Source of the DNA: Rhodosorus marinus CCMP1338
Lineage: Eukaryota > Plantae > Rhodophyta
Length of the DNA stretch: 64,000 nucleotides
Direction of reading: 5' to 3'
Assembly: GCA_029953675.1 (NCBI GenBank)
Contig: JAMWBK010000001.1
Coordinates: 2,418,001-2,482,000 of the forward strand
The position numbers were made by a program, and so were the translations under genes. A model generated the notes under the pieces. The model was not told where the DNA came from. It saw only the letters and a program-made list of their open reading frames with translations, and searched no databases. Of the stretch, positions 11,046-22,544 are shown one piece after another (within the stretch, counting starts at the first letter, position 1; the number at the start of each line of letters is the position of its first letter).

Positions 11046-11269
11046 CAGGTTGTGCAGGAAATGAAGTGCCCCCCCCCCCCGGGTCGGGGAATACAGGTAG
11101 GCAATATTTTGCATTTGACGACCAAGTGCGAAATGTTCGCTCGGTAGGAAATAAGAATTTCAGCGAACCGGGGGGGTGGAACTCGCCGTTTACGGCCCAC
11201 CCCCTCAGGAACCCGTTACCCTCCCTTGTTCTTTACACTGAATCGACTATGCGCTAGAAAACAAAGAGT

Positions 11270-11355
11270 GGGGCGCGCGATCTCCGCCGTGCTTAGTCTT
11301 CTTGTTCGCATGGGGCTTTTTCTCTCTCAGCCTAAGATAAGACAAATTCATTCAG
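11270..11355 (+). mobile_element. Family A short degenerate 3' copy
   Basis: gcgcgcgatctccgccgtgcttagtc...ctcagcctaagataagacaaattcattca. Confidence 0.7.
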
Positions 11356-12443
11356 AAAACAAAGCCCGCCGTGAGCAGGACGGTTTTGAATTGGTGGGCA
11401 ATTTAATGATTGGCTGATACGCGTTTTTACAGCAATGCATTGGAAAAAGGCAAAAATATTAAATTGTATAAATTAGTATTTTAAGGAATACACTATTTTT
11501 CTTCTTTGCTTAGGAGAATGATTGGCCATGATAAGGATTCGAAATTTTTAAGGGATCATGAGTGGGGATAATAGACTGGATGCCTCTCCTATTGGCTATA
11601 TAGATGGAATATATATTGTCTTTCGTATTTCAATATACCTGGAGCGGCGGGAGTTGATATAATGTTTGCAAATTGGAGCGTAGTTGGATGGCTATGGTTT
11701 GACATGTTCTACTGCTAGCATGCACGAGTTCAAAGAGTAGACTGAATGCTCCGTTCACACAGTCTAGAAGAGCTACTAAGATACAGATGGCGAGGAGAAA
11801 GGACTGGAAAGCTTCCTCGGACAAATGAAAACGTTGTTGAACTCTTTATTTCAGATCTTCCTAGAAAGGCATCCAAAGCTCATGCAACTTGAAACACAAC
11901 AGCTGATGAGTTATTTCTGTGTTCAACATGATAAATACCTTCTAGCCACAGAAACGAACTCCATAAACTTGTCCACGGAAAAAGGTTCCACAAGGACTTG
12001 ATGTTCGCAAACTAGGACTTACTGGCCCGGCTTTCATGACTCTCCCTCGGCCCTCCAATGCTCTTGTGAAAACAAAGATGATCCCACTTCCTTCAAGTAA
12101 CTTAAACTCTATTATCCGCAATCTAGGGAATGCTCCCAAGCCCGAGTCGAACTCAAGTAGCCCTCTTACTCATACCCTGTGGATCCCTTGTCCTCTGCTT
12201 CACCACCTCCGCAGAACTGCTTCCCCACCCGGTTTCTAATCGCCCAAGCTTCCCTCACTGTTGTTCGCGGTCTGCCGCGCTCCCCTCAAAATGCGATTCT
12301 GAAAATCAAAACCCTCCCATAGCCCTGAAAACAGGTGCATTTTCCCGTTACCAACTAAAACACCGCGATAGTCATTAAAATTTCATTGCCCACCCAGCAA
12401 ATGTTCAGCGTACGCACTGGAATCGCCTATTGGCCACTTCTAT

Positions 12444-13227
12444 TACGGTTGTGCCAAGTGGGTAGGGTTTTTCGCCGTTTACGACCCAGAAGTGGTTAAA
12501 CCCGCGAAAACAGGGGGGCTTAGAGGGGTAAACAGCGAAAAACCCGACCAACTTGGCTCAAGCCTACTTATATGGCCCACTTATTGCCCGCCCCCCAACT
12601 AAGCCTTCCTGTTTTCGCGGGTTTACTCACTTTTGGGTCGTAAACCGTGAAAAACCCGACCCACTTGCCACAACCAATAAAAATAAGATAAGAACCGTTC
12701 TTCGCGGGCTCGCGGCCTCGCGACCCGAACAGCTGCCGGTCCCGTACCTGCCTCGCTTGATCCTGTGGTTGTTGAGGAAACAGAGGTCCCTCGCGATCCT
12801 CCTAATGATGGACGGGGCTCTGGGAGTCGCGTCTCCGCACGTACGGATGCGTTGCCAAACGGCCTTTCTTGGGACTTGCACCGTGCTGCCTCACGGCCGA
12901 CTTCTCGCGCAGATGGTCTAATCTTCCCGAGATCGCGCCCGCCTGCGTAGTCGTGGAGGGTGTAGTAGCTCTCAGTGGTTCCTGAACGTCCCCGCTTTTC
13001 CGCCACTCACACTCACATATTTCGAAGTGCGCATTTCTCTGCGTTTATACCTCGGCTTGCATCAGCCGCCATGGCCTTCCGAGATGGGTTCGCCGTGCCT
13101 ATTATAAGTGGGTCGAGTTTTTCGCTGTTTACGACCCGCCCACCCCCTCCAACCCCCCTGCTTTCGCGGGTTTAACCACTTCTGGGTCGTAAACAGGGAA
13201 AAACCCGACCCACTTGGCACAACCCTA
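12444..13227. mobile_element. Cluster: MITE M (12444-12566), partial MITE (12573-12677), internal family A-like fragment (12690-13099), MITE M (13104-13227)
   Basis: TIR motifs gttgtgccaagtgggt / acccacttggcacaaccc. The fragment encodes EVPRDPPND..ARTDALPNGLSWDLHRAA, homologous to EVPVDPPDD..ARTDALQNILSWDLHRAA of the long ORF. Confidence 0.85.
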
Positions 13228-13378
13228 ACTCTACCACAGTCTATGTCCAGCATGTGTTCCCAGATGTCAAACTGATATGCAATGCTATGGAACCTTTCAA
13301 TGGCGGGGCGGACCTATCCATGTAGCCCGCATAGATTGACCATCGGTGCGGGCTGGGCGCTTTGGTGCGGCACACTGA

Positions 13379-13434
13379 AATTGCTTTCAATTTTTACTGA
13401 AATTGAAAAATTTCAGTAAAAATTGAAAGCAATT
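13379..13434. repeat. Perfect inverted repeat, 26-bp arms, GAAA loop
   Basis: aattgctttcaatttttactgaaatt-gaaa-aatttcagtaaaaattgaaagcaatt. Confidence 0.95.
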
Positions 13435-13904
13435 CAGAAAATGATTGAAAAACAGAAAAGGGTGGAAAATATTAGCAATTGGTACTCGGCCAAGTCTGGC
13501 TGGAACTTGTTGCGGTTTGAAGCTGTACCACCAAGCAAATAGTACACCGGGTTTTGGCTGCGGAAAATTTGTTCAAAGAAAAAAAAAAAAAGACTTTAGA
13601 AACGGCCTGTCCTCTCAAGGTAGCAATATTGATCGAGGCATGGCGCATTGATTGTAGCCCAACCAGGAACTTGGTGAGCCTGGGGCATGTCAAGCTTCCG
13701 ATTCAAGCCCCTAAGGACTTGAGGCAAGGCAGATGGCCGTCGATGATGCGGTGGAGAATCTTAAAACGCTCGATGTTTGTTTGGAGGATGTGAAGGCTGC
13801 AGTTTCGGACATCCCCTTGACTCTGCTTCCAAGATCCTTGCTGCACGATTACCAAGAAATGGAAGAATCTCCAAAATGTGTAATTTATAATACTGCTCAA
13901 GACC

Positions 13905-14045
13905 AAATCAACCAAACCAATGGAGACCGAACCAACCAAACCAATGGAGACCGGACCAAGCAAAACCAGTGGAAACAGATCAATGGAGACCGAACCAACG
14001 AAAACCAGTGGAGACTGAACCAAACAGATCAATGGAGATCGACGC
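13905..14045. repeat. Degenerate minisatellite (~24-bp unit, aaccaaaccaatggagaccg)
   Basis: Repeated caatggagaccg/cagtggagactg units (NQTNGDRT in one frame). Confidence 0.75.
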
Positions 14046-14459
14046 GAAAACTGCAAAAGCAGAAATGCGAAGAGTTGGGGTGAGAAACTATTGAAACAAA
14101 TAGTTAGGAATCTATCAAACCAACAAAGCAAAAACCTATAATCTTAACGAAAATCGGCTTGCAGTTAGCTACGGTAAGGGGATCCCATCAACGGTTCAAG
14201 GCAAGAAACTTAGGGAAGAACGTCTTAGACTTAGAAATGGTGTTGGAGATGAGCCGGAGGAAGTTTGGCGGTGGGGCTTCACTAGGGGCTCTGTAGACGA
14301 AAAGGGCTCTAGAACAGCACATTCATGAGGTAGGGTCATATGAAGGGAATGGAGAGTTGGGACGGGGATAAGGGAGCTTTTCAGAATAATTCTCAGTGGT
14401 GTGCAGGTTCGAAATCTGGGGTGTTTGTATTTAGTATTTTATTTGCTGGTATTCGAGGG

Positions 14460-17400
14460 ATGGCCAGGTCTGGGTGCCCATATGGTTGTTCCTGTTGCAA
14501 GGGAAGGTATGTGATTACTGCTCTGACCTTGGCGGTGGTGGCTGTGACCTTGGCAGAGGCGGTGGTTATTGACCGTGACGAAATAATCCACGAGCTTGTC
14601 GTTGAGGGGGATTTTCGGACGCCTGTGGACTTCGATTGGATTCCTGGGGATGTGGAAAGAGTTCTTATCTGCGAAAAGCGCGGAATCATACACCTTGTAA
14701 CAGACGGACAGGTCCAATCAAAACCCTTCTTAGACATACAGGATCAGCTTGTCTCAGTGGGCGCGCGTGGTCTCATGAGCTGTTTGGTGGATTCCAAATT
14801 TGAGGAACATCCTTACATTTACGTGTCGTACGTCGATAGCCGAGCACAGACTACGCGTTACCATTCCCCCAAGACCGGCATACTTTCGAGGTTTAGGGTT
14901 TCCGCGGATTACAGTGAAGCAACTGATGAGGTCATCATTCTGGGCAGCGATACGATAATAACTCAAGGGTGTCGTGGTGATGTGGCGATAGGCCGAAAGG
15001 ACATCATTTGCAACGACTACAGCGAACACAATAATGGAGGCCTCGCGATGGACCCTGAGACCGGGAACATTTTCGCAGCGTTTGGGGATGCGGCAAGCCC
15101 AACAGTCTTTGATGAGCTTCCGATTAGAGCACTGCAACTCGATTTCACTGCTGGAAAGATCCTATGCATTAAACGATCTGGAATGGCTTGCGAAAACAAT
15201 CCTTTTTCGAAAAATGGTGATCGAGAGTCCAACCGTGCCAAAGTCTGGAACTGGGGGGTGCGCAATCCGTTCCGAATTTCCTGGGACGAGGTCTTCAAGG
15301 TTCCGCTAATCGCGAATGTGGGTTTAGCGTCGTGGGAGAGCATTTTCCTTGGAAGCAAAGGTGAGAACTTCGGGTGGCCGTGCCGGGAAGGTCAACAGAT
15401 AAATTTGAGAGCAACAGACTACTCGGAGTGTAAGGACATTGAAAAGGGCACGCTTGACGCCAGCGGAGTTTCACTGTGGGACTACGATCACGATTTTGGA
15501 ACATCAGTGACGGGAGTCGCGAGACTTTCCTCGTCAGAATGGCCGACGGCTTTGAGGAACCTCATCGCCGTTTGCGATTACACGAGGAGCTGGATTAAAC
15601 TGATCGAGGTCACGGGGAGCGGCATCAGAGGAAGTCCCATGGATCTACTGTCAGAAGTTCAGGGACCAGTGCAGTTGAAGCAAGGACCGGATGGGTGGCT
15701 GTATTACTTGTCGATTGTGGCTCAAAAGTTGTATCGAGTGCGATATGAAGTCGACACGAGCAGACCGGAGGTCGTGAGCGTGTTTCCCCCAGAGGATGCG
15801 GAGAATGTGGAAACTTCAGCCGCGATCGACGTGAGATTCTCGAAGAGAATACGTGCTTCCACGGCAAACTCGGAGAACATCAAAATCACTCAGCGTTCTA
15901 ATAATGTGGTCACCGAGGCGACCGTTGAGATCAAACCGGCGACGAACACTGTCGCAGTGAAGCCCGTTGAGGGGCTGCTCAAGAATCATCGGTATGAGGT
16001 GACAGTTGCGGGTGTTGAGGACACTCAGGGAAGGAAGCTTCAGGGGATATTTGCTTCAGAGTTTACGACCGGCACCGGTTTCTCTGCGTACGTATCTGAC
16101 CTTGAATTCTTGAAGGAGGAGAACGGTGGTAGCTTCCCTGTACTTCGTGATGAGCACCAATACCAAAAGGCCCAGGATTTCACCCCTCCGTTGTCTCTCC
16201 GCGGTAGGGTACACGAAAAGGGACTCGGAGTTCAGGCATACTCAGAGGTTGAGGTGGACGTTCCGGGCGGATGTACTCGATTTCAATCGGACGCTGGAAT
16301 TGACGACTTCAGGAGGATTTTCGAGTCGGGGGAAATGTTCTTTGAAGTTCTCAAGGACGGCGAGAGGGTGTACCGGAATGAGATTTTCGTTACGAAAACG
16401 TCACCCGCATTGCACATTGATGTGGATGTTTCGGGGGCGAAAACGGTGACGCTCATAGCGGAAAAGAAGCTATTCAGTAGTTCAAATGGTGCTCTCGGTA
16501 CATGGGGTTCCGCCATCTTTCGATGTGGGGGGTACGACATGATCTCTCCAACGATCGAGAGCGTCTACCCAACAACGCGAATTCGAGTTGACCAGTCCAT
16601 CGTTGTCAAGTTCGGAGAGCCGATGGATCTGATCTCAACAATAGACGCAACCGAAGTGTATGAGCCAATCGGACTCGGGGGTTACGACCTCGGGATTTCG
16701 GTCACCTTCAATGAACAACAGAACGAGATGACAGTAACACCGCTGGATTCTCTTAAGTATGACGCACAATACCTCCTGAGGATCAAGAACACGGCTATGG
16801 ACTTGGCTTCGAACCGACTGACCTCGACCTACGAGAGGAATTTCCTGACGAAGATTCTGAAACCGGATGGTCTTACCATTGCTCTCGAGGAACTCCAACC
16901 TCAAAACGTCTCACCGTCGAGCAACTTCGAGGTTTCCGATGGTGTCGGAAGCAGCGGCATACAAGAATTTGACAATGGGATTGCGCTGATTGCCTGGTCT
17001 GCGATTGAGATTGACCTTCCGTCCGAGTGTGAACGAATCACATTCACGGCGGGTAAGGAAGGCACCAGGAGCGACGGGAAAATTCTGACCTTAAAGGCCT
17101 TTGCGCCGACGACGATCGGGGGACGGCCAAAACTCTTCTTCTCGGAAGACTTTGCCGACGACAGCGTTGCGGTGGCCGCGGACTTTGCCCTCCCTAACTT
17201 TACGCTGCTTCGATTTTCTGCTTTGGTAGATGACGGAATATCGCATGGAAACTTTGTAAATGTCGAGGTGACGTGCGGGGAGGAGAAAATTTCTGTATCG
17301 GATCTGACAGTTGGTTCTCAAAAGGGTAGAAAAGCCAGTCTGAATGAACGTCTTAGTGGGAAACCGTTGACACTAAAAGTTTTGGGTACCGGCTCCTCGA

Positions 17401-18224
17401 AAATTTCACTTACTCCGCGAGTAGATGTAGACTATTTGGTACCTGGTACCTGTGGCGACATCACTATGAACGTTTCGGTTGAGGACGGGGGAGAGAACGT
17501 CTTGGTCTCGCTCCGCGACGGCAGCGGAGCCGTCCTTTGTAGTACAAGGAAACTGGACTCTGGCGAGGATCAAAAGCTTGCATGCAGCCTGGAGGGAGTG
17601 AAGGAATTTTCTATCAGAACCAACGGGAATGGAGGGCTTGCCGAGTTATCTAACGCCGAAATCGAATGTGCCGAAGGTTCCAGGGCACCGGTCTGCGTTT
17701 TCGAGGATATGCCGAATACGTTTAGAATTGGTGACGTTTTGAACTACAGTGCGGCATGTTTCGACTATACCGGACAAAGCATTTCGTTAAATAGGCTGAG
17801 ATGGCGAGTGCTACTGATACATTGCCAGCCGTTCTGTCACGAGCATGTGCAGGAAGATCGGTCGGGGATACGGCAGGGCTCGTATACGCCTCCGGATCAC
17901 GGCGACTACTATTTTATGGTGTTTCAGACGCTTGTTCAAGATGGGGATGAAGTGCTTCGATTCAGTCGAGAGGTGAAGCCGGAAACTGTAGAGGTTACAG
18001 TAACAACAAAGCCATCAGGAATGACGGTTGGAGTCGATTCACTGCAAGGACCTGCCCCACTCACATCTCTGGTGCTTGTGGGGGCCAAGTTCACAATCAA
18101 CGCTGTTCCCGAGGAAAATGGCAACGAGTTCGACTTTTGGGATGACAACAAAAGTTTAGGTGAAAACAGGGAGCTCTCGTTCAATACTGCTGGAAAGCGA
18201 ACATACAACGCTGTATACAAGTAG
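14460..18224 (+). CDS. Paralog of 1777-5511: secreted GSDH + Ig-like + NPCBM modular protein; intronless
   Basis: Colinear with the first copy along its whole length (HNNGGLAMDP, GVRNPFR, LIHCQPFCHEH, C-terminal RTYNAVYK). Start placed at the ATG at 14460; the ORF is open from 14340. Confidence 0.85.
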   Translation: MARSGCPYGCSCCKGRYVITALTLAVVAVTLAEAVVIDRDEIIHELVVEGDFRTPVDFDWIPGDVERVLICEKRGIIHLVTDGQVQSKPFLDIQDQLVSVGARGLMSCLVDSKFEEHPYIYVSYVDSRAQTTRYHSPKTGILSRFRVSADYSEATDEVIILGSDTIITQGCRGDVAIGRKDIICNDYSEHNNGGLAMDPETGNIFAAFGDAASPTVFDELPIRALQLDFTAGKILCIKRSGMACENNPFSKNGDRESNRAKVWNWGVRNPFRISWDEVFKVPLIANVGLASWESIFLGSKGENFGWPCREGQQINLRATDYSECKDIEKGTLDASGVSLWDYDHDFGTSVTGVARLSSSEWPTALRNLIAVCDYTRSWIKLIEVTGSGIRGSPMDLLSEVQGPVQLKQGPDGWLYYLSIVAQKLYRVRYEVDTSRPEVVSVFPPEDAENVETSAAIDVRFSKRIRASTANSENIKITQRSNNVVTEATVEIKPATNTVAVKPVEGLLKNHRYEVTVAGVEDTQGRKLQGIFASEFTTGTGFSAYVSDLEFLKEENGGSFPVLRDEHQYQKAQDFTPPLSLRGRVHEKGLGVQAYSEVEVDVPGGCTRFQSDAGIDDFRRIFESGEMFFEVLKDGERVYRNEIFVTKTSPALHIDVDVSGAKTVTLIAEKKLFSSSNGALGTWGSAIFRCGGYDMISPTIESVYPTTRIRVDQSIVVKFGEPMDLISTIDATEVYEPIGLGGYDLGISVTFNEQQNEMTVTPLDSLKYDAQYLLRIKNTAMDLASNRLTSTYERNFLTKILKPDGLTIALEELQPQNVSPSSNFEVSDGVGSSGIQEFDNGIALIAWSAIEIDLPSECERITFTAGKEGTRSDGKILTLKAFAPTTIGGRPKLFFSEDFADDSVAVAADFALPNFTLLRFSALVDDGISHGNFVNVEVTCGEEKISVSDLTVGSQKGRKASLNERLSGKPLTLKVLGTGSSKISLTPRVDVDYLVPGTCGDITMNVSVEDGGENVLVSLRDGSGAVLCSTRKLDSGEDQKLACSLEGVKEFSIRTNGNGGLAELSNAEIECAEGSRAPVCVFEDMPNTFRIGDVLNYSAACFDYTGQSISLNRLRWRVLLIHCQPFCHEHVQEDRSGIRQGSYTPPDHGDYYFMVFQTLVQDGDEVLRFSREVKPETVEVTVTTKPSGMTVGVDSLQGPAPLTSLVLVGAKFTINAVPEENGNEFDFWDDNKSLGENRELSFNTAGKRTYNAVYK

Positions 18225-19271
18225 AATCGCGGATGCTGAATTTAAACGTCAAAAGGCCTCCCGAACTTTTTTTGGAGAGGCAATGCCATTCCCGTATTGC
18301 ACGGCAGGAATCCAGCGATGATTGAGGTTCCCCCTCCCCCTCCCCCCCCTCCCCCATGGGTTGTGGTCGCCACTTCCTTCGTGCATCACATATTTTCCTA
18401 GCTTGCACTATACGTACAAGACCAAAAGAATAGTAGCGCTTACATTCGACAGGTACAAAACTACCCCTAAGAGGCAGGCGTTGATCAACCGCATCACAAA
18501 TAGCTTGCAGCTCATAGACCTACGCCTCGGCGCTGAACTTCCGGCAACAACATCCGGAATGGATGCTAGAGTGAACACCCAGAGTCCTACACGAAATCGA
18601 AAGCCTGCGGACAGTCACCGCAGCCACAATTTTCAGTCTCTCCTCGAAGCAAACACAGCGGTATGCTGCTACTCAAGCTGCTTATTTGTGACTGTTGGTC
18701 ATCTTCGTCAATGAAAGTCTAGAGCAAAGGCTGAGCCCCGCTGGCCAGCTCCAGCTTTGCGCAAAAGGCCGTGTCAGCAAAACCCCCGCGCAACCGTAAG
18801 CTCACTCCAACTCTCATCAATATGATTGGTCTATGGCAAACAAAAACACGTGCCATATCATCATTCGCTAAAATGAAGTGGTGAACTCTTTCCGAATTAC
18901 ATGTAATTACATATGATTTTGCATTTCATGCTTTTTTTAGAAGATTAATTGATGCTATTGGTTTTTCTAGTTGATGTCAATTAACGGTTTGCGTTGGTGT
19001 TAAGAAAGGTGAATATCTATTGAAATATCTGCAAAATTGGGAAATATCTGACATGATGAGGATGGTGGTGGGTTGAGATGATCCCCCAAAGTGTGGGGAG
19101 GTAGAAAAGGGCCAGCTATTTGAGAACTGGTTATACTTGGGTGGAGCTAGGTTGGAGGTAAGATGTGAGCGGAAGCCAATGGAAGAGAAGGAGCCGTTTG
19201 TTGGATTTTTTGTCTATCGATTTCCTACAGTTTGGGAGTTCTGTAAGTGACTTTATTTCGTTGGTGGAACG

Positions 19272-20249
19272 ATGGGGAGCGAGAAGATGAGAGCGTTTAT
19301 GTGCTATCAATATGGATCACCTGCAGATCTTGTTCTTGAAGAGGTTGAAAGACCCGTTCCAAAAGCAAATGAGGTTCTTGCAAAGGCTGAATCGATATCA
19401 TTGAATGCTGGTGATTGGCATGTGATTCGTGGAGATCCTTTTGTGGTGAAGCTGATGTTTGGTTTGAACAAGCCGCGTGATCCAATCCTGGGGTTTGACT
19501 TTGCTGGAAGAGTCGTTGCGGTCGGAAGCGATGTGAAGAATTTTAAGGCTGGTGATGAGGTATTCGGAGATATGAACCTTGGAGCCTTCGCGGAGTATGC
19601 CTGTAAGCCCGAAACACAGTTTGTGAGGAAGCCTTCTTCGATGTCCTTTGAGCAAGCAGCCACGCTACCAACAGCCGGGGGAACTGCACTCATTGCTGCG
19701 AGAGACTTGACGCATGTAACTGCCGGACAAAAAGTATTAGTCATCGGGGCGTGTGGTGGCGTCGGTTCATTTTGCATACAGATTGTGAAGTCAATGGGAT
19801 CTCATGTGACCGCCGTGTGCAGCACTTCAAACGTCGACATGGCGAAAGAACTCGGGGCCGATGAGGTCTTTGACTACAAGAAAGAGGATATATGTAAATC
19901 TGGAAGAGTATTCGATGTCATTCTGGATAATGGCCTGTTCAGATCAATGCTAGACTATCGCCAGATAATGAATCCTGCAGGTAGTACATACCTATTGATC
20001 GGAGGGTCTACGAACCGTTTCTTCCCAGCCATGGCGATGTCACCGTTTGTATCGATGTTTAATAAGAAGAAGATGAAGATTTGTACGGCGGAGCCGGGGC
20101 CGGCGCTCCTAAAAGATCTCGTGGAGTTGTTCGAAGCTGGAAAGGTGAAACCTGCAATAAAAAGGCGGTACAAATTTGAGCAACTTCCAGAGGGGTTGAT
20201 ATACCTAGAAGAAGGACACACGGTTGGTAAAGTCGTTGTGAACGTGTGA
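19272..20249 (+). CDS. MDR-family NAD(P)-dependent oxidoreductase (zinc-independent, quinone-reductase/RTN4IP1-like, bacterial type); intronless
   Basis: YGSPADLVLEEVERPVP, SLNAGDW, GFDFAGRV..VG, GAFAEY, VLVIGACGGVGSF, GKVVVNV. Confidence 0.9.
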   Translation: MGSEKMRAFMCYQYGSPADLVLEEVERPVPKANEVLAKAESISLNAGDWHVIRGDPFVVKLMFGLNKPRDPILGFDFAGRVVAVGSDVKNFKAGDEVFGDMNLGAFAEYACKPETQFVRKPSSMSFEQAATLPTAGGTALIAARDLTHVTAGQKVLVIGACGGVGSFCIQIVKSMGSHVTAVCSTSNVDMAKELGADEVFDYKKEDICKSGRVFDVILDNGLFRSMLDYRQIMNPAGSTYLLIGGSTNRFFPAMAMSPFVSMFNKKKMKICTAEPGPALLKDLVELFEAGKVKPAIKRRYKFEQLPEGLIYLEEGHTVGKVVVNV

Positions 20250-20708
20250 TAGGTTGAGAAGTCCTTCGCGCTCATGGCTTCTGAGGAAACGTCGACGAAT
20301 ATGCAAACTCGTCCGCAAAGGTCGTTTGCCGAAATAAGTTTCGATTGTCTCCCCAGACCAAGCTGGGAGACCTTCTCGTCGCAAGAGAGCGAGTGCCTGT
20401 AGGGATTGACTGGCACTAAAATATCTATTGTACATCAACTTTTGTTATACTGTTGATCTGGGTTCTCACAAGGGAGACTAGGACATAGTACCTCTTCCCT
20501 TGAAAACCTTGTCGCATTGGACGTTGAGGGGTCCCCGTACCTGACTGAGGCCCCTCCTTTCACCCTCATGGCTTTTTTTTTTTTAGCAACGCCACCGTCG
20601 GTGGTTGACACTATTAGGTTACTGGGTCTCCCTGCCCTTCTTCCCCGGGTCTTAGCTCTCCTACGTTTTCTAGGGAATAGCGAACGATTGTATAGCTCCC
20701 AACTGACG

Positions 20709-20798
20709 GACGTGCTCGTCAGCAACGCTGGTGTCTCGGGAGTCCCACGCTCTGAGACCGTGGATGGCTATGAGGTAAACCTGGGGACAAACTATTTG
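20709..20798 (+). pseudogene. Short-chain dehydrogenase/reductase fragment
   Basis: DVLVSNAGVSGVPRSETVDGYEVNLGTNYL matches the SDR NNAG...DG(F/Y)E..GTNH motif region. No flanking SDR sequence is recognisable. Confidence 0.7.
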
Positions 20799-20837
20799 GA
20801 GATGTACGTACCAACAATTTGACGCTGGTAGTGAAGT

Positions 20838-21370
20838 ACACGGTAGAGGTTGAACCGGGACTGCTCCGATCAGCCTCGGCCACCACGCCCCCCCGTTGCA
20901 TTTAAGGTCTCCTCGTATCGGACCCCGCCGCCAGACGCTCAGCATATGTGGACCTCGCTGTCATATGCCCTGTGTCAAGTAAATATCTTCCCTCTGCCGC
21001 TCTTCGCGGGCAGCAGCTTCTGTACTTTGCCGACTGAAGGAACGACGGTATGCTGAGAGCATGGCCAGTCTCCCCTGTGTAGAGGACCGTTCTCACGGGT
21101 TCCAGGCTTTCATTGTGGAAGTCTTTGGGCATCTGGGAAAGTCCTGCTTCCAGAAGCTGCGCAAATCTTTTTACTGACCATCCGGTTGAATATCTGGGAC
21201 TCCTACGCCGGTTAAGTGTCGCTCTCTGGCGATAGTCTAGCAGCATGCTCGCCGAGGCGCGCCATCTCCACCTGGGTTTGCACACTTTTCTCCCTAGTTC
21301 CTAGTTCCCTTTCACTCCGTGCGTAGCTTCAGGCCATGCTACGACTAAAGCCAGTAAATCCATCCATCCA
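20838..21370 (+). mobile_element. Family B RLE retrotransposon, 5'-truncated 3' end (diverged)
   Basis: Homologous to 50780-51310 (gccagacgctca.catatgtggacc; gaacgacggtatgctgagagcatggccagtct; cttcaggc.atgcta). Ends in an (ATCC)n tail. Confidence 0.9.
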
Positions 21371-21484
21371 TAATACAAAGCGTAAAAAGTGAAGAAAAAA
21401 GTGAAGAAAAAAGTGAAAAAGCGTAAAAGTGTAGAAGTGTGAAACGCTGTGAACTGAGCAAAATGCTTTCAGAAAAGGGGAGAA

Positions 21485-22082
21485 GCTAGTTCTCAGTGGC
21501 TCATGACCGTCCCCCGCTTTTCCCCAGTCACACTCACAGGCTTCGAAGAGTGCCCTTCTGCGCGCATATACCTCGGCTTGCATCAGCCGCCCAGGCCTTC
21601 CGAGATGGGTCAGCCGTGCCCTCTATGCTCTCAGAACGAAGACACCGCGGATCTTGGCGCCCAACTGCCCGCCAGCTGCCCCGCTGTGAAAGGCGCTCGA
21701 ACCCGACGACATACGCGGATCGTGAACCTGTTATACCGCGAACTTCGGCCTATCGTACGGCAAGCCGGTCTCGAAATTGAACGTGAGAAGCCCTTGCCGG
21801 TCGCAGACTACGACCAACAACATGATGAACGCCGCGTGGCTGACCTCGTGGGCACCTGTGACGATAGCCACCGTACGACATACATTGATCTTCCTGTTCC
21901 TAATCCTCAGGCTAGTCGTTATTTGCCGGCTGCGGGAGAGAGCGCCGTGGGTTTGCCGCTGCCAGTATGAGACGCCGCAAAGAGTTGAAATATGCGGGGG
22001 CTTAGTCTTCCCCAGGCATTTCTCCCCCCCTCCCCCCCTCGGGGTGTTTTCTTCAGTCTCCGATAAAACCAATTCGTTCATC
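21485..22082 (+). mobile_element. Family A 3' portion with internal deletion
   Basis: CPAVKGARTRRHTRIVNLLYRELRPIVRQAGLEIEREKPLP..VADLV. The sequence jumps from ttccccaggcatt to the 3' UTR. Confidence 0.9.
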
Positions 22083-22110
22083 AAATACGTGAAGTTCCTG
22101 CAATGTTGTC

Positions 22111-22433
22111 GCCAGTATGAGACGCCGCAAAGAGATCAAATACGCGGGGGCTTTGTCTTCCCCTGGTGTTCGTGCTTCGGCACTAGCACATCGCTTGGTA
22201 CCCCCGATCATTGAGTGCTTTGGGTTCATGGACTCTGTTGGTTCTCGCTGGCTTCGGGAGTTGTTCCGCGAACGCCGTGACCGTCTTCAATCGTTGTTTA
22301 CCCGCTTAAGTTTCCTGCCGCGGCGCATGAATGCCGCTTTGATGTTGGAGGCGCGAGTTCTTCGCCGCACTTAGTCCTTTTTTTCCTCGGGGGTTTTTCT
22401 TTCAGCCTCCGATTAAACCATTCGTTATTCGTT
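22111..22433 (+). mobile_element. Family A 5'-truncated 3' end (young)
   Basis: MRRRKEIKYAGALSSPG...LEARVLRRT plus the 3' UTR ending aaaccattcgttattcgtt. Confidence 0.95.
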
Positions 22434-22544
22434 GAGAACCCCTGAATGTCTTCTCAATTCTGAACAGGCTTTTTAATTGTTTTGGATACCCCGCTCTACG
22501 TAAATGGATAATTCTAGGGTCAGTCGAGCTTAGATACAGTGAAG

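Noticed and set aside
2094-17321. Numerous antisense ORFs over the GSDH genes
   Set aside because: These are shadow ORFs of long coding sequences with no independent evidence.
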